From contig BDGG01000002.1 in the NCBI GenBank assembly GCA_001949185.1, forward strand, positions 7,616,448 through 7,680,447: a stretch of DNA of 64,000 bases. Direction: 5' to 3'. Below are positions 63,201 to 64,000 of this stretch, one piece after another. This DNA comes from Ramazzottius varieornatus (Eukaryota; Animalia; Tardigrada). The notes beneath the pieces are model-generated. The model was given only the letters and a program-made list of their open reading frames with translations, did no database searches and was not told the DNA's origin. The position numbers and the translations under genes are program-made. The stretch's first letter is position 1, and the number at the start of each line of letters is the position of its first letter.

Positions 63201-64000
63201 TGCAACGCCGGGTTATTTTCCCCGCTGACTTCCGGTTTGAACCACTTCCTCTTCACAAACTCTGCTTCATCGATGAACCTCTTCGCGAACGGCTTCAACG
63301 GTTGCCCCACATTCTTTGAAACCTTTCTCAGTGGTTCATACCAGGTTTCTCTGAAATGTTCGAAATCATGGAATATTTTATGTACAAACGTTAGAGCTCG
63401 ATGGTGCGACGGTTCCATTTGCAGAGCCGAATAGCAACAAGTCAGGCAGGCCGGAAAGTAGTTGAGAGCGAAGGTGATTGTTATCAGGTTGTCTAAAGAC
63501 GGCCAGTGAGTTGGTCGGATGGCGAGTGCGTCTTGGAAGTAGCTCGCCGCCAAGGGGAAGTTGTCCATCTTAATGGCCAGATCGCCCATGTTGTGGATCA
63601 TCACAACGTCCGTGTAGTCTATCTCGGCCACCCTCCTCAGGTACTCCAGCGCCTTTTCGTAGTGCTTCTGACGCTGTAGTAGGTTGGACACGTTCTTCAA
63701 GACTGCGCATTTCAGAGCTTTCATCCGGTCGTTCTCTGTGTCACCTGAAAGTGTGAAAAGCACTAACTCGCATATGACATCACAAAACCTGACAGCAATG
63801 TACAGTGCAATACATTAGCCGACTATTACGTCATGTTAAAAAACTGGCACGGCCTTGTTCAGCTTCAGCATGTAATTATTGTAATAACTTTTGATCGGAT
63901 TTGGGCATTAAAAGTCACATTCTTACCAGGAATTTCTTGTAGAATGTCTTCAAACTTGTCCTGAGCTTTCACCAAAGCCCTGTCCTTCTTTTCTTGGCTC
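57215..64000 (-). CDS. CABIN1: Calcineurin-binding protein 1 (Cabin1/Hir3-like TPR protein), 5' end beyond the window
   Basis: N-terminal TPRs (EIDYTDVV..ALAIRPTHWPSLDNLIT), KRRSGRV, QCFHCLYG..YLQHH, LFYLLADYYFKN..DLRVNPTRLDSWAGLAL, EIWLSQYMLGK, CLNRYPEHYKSLYRLA, FFRGVWHI...SFASHMYR. Confidence 0.9.
57787..57829. repeat. Palindromic family A core, Cabin1 intron
   Basis: TTGGCGCAC-N25-ATGCGCCGC. Confidence 0.75.
58616..58658. repeat. Palindromic family A core, Cabin1 intron
   Basis: GTGGCGCGT-N25-GTGCGCCAG. Confidence 0.8.
59843..59965. repeat. Palindromic family B, two tandem copies, Cabin1 intron
   Basis: ACCTGCATAC-N29-GTATGCAGGT (59843-59891) and ACCTGCATAC-N30-GTATGCAGGT (59916-59965). 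Confidence 0.7.
60815..60856. repeat. Palindromic family A core (degenerate), Cabin1 intron
   Basis: GATCGTTATCTCAAGTAGCTCAA-N24-TCGCGCCACTTAAAATAACGATC. Confidence 0.7.
61740..61862. repeat. Palindromic family A, two tandem cores, Cabin1 intron
   Basis: GTGGCGCAC-N25-GCGCGCCTC (61740-61782) and ATGGCGCAT-N25-GTGCGCTCA (61820-61862). Confidence 0.75.

Overview
Eukaryotic, gene-dense, intron-rich window with short introns and roughly balanced GC. The gene set is metazoan; a compact invertebrate genome such as a tardigrade is my inference and is not proven. Recognisable genes: a cadherin-domain repeat protein, snf/U2B'', ORC5, two TMEM121-like paralogues, a secreted LRR protein, insulin-degrading enzyme, SNX27, a SMYD methyltransferase, SPTLC2, RPP21, a rhodopsin-like GPCR and a 5'-truncated Cabin1. 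Two things stand out. (1) A spliced three-gene urease cluster at ~17.9-28.3 kb: ureD (+), fused gamma-beta-alpha urease (-) and ureG (+). All three genes carry inactivating lesions. (2) About 20 copies of a ~130-bp palindromic element, mostly intronic, whose core GTGGCGCAC-N25-GTGCGCCAC keeps an almost invariant 25-bp spacer despite sequence drift. There are also several fold-back/MITE elements, a second smaller palindromic family and a BTB-BACK pseudogene. Exon boundaries were read by eye and are approximate.
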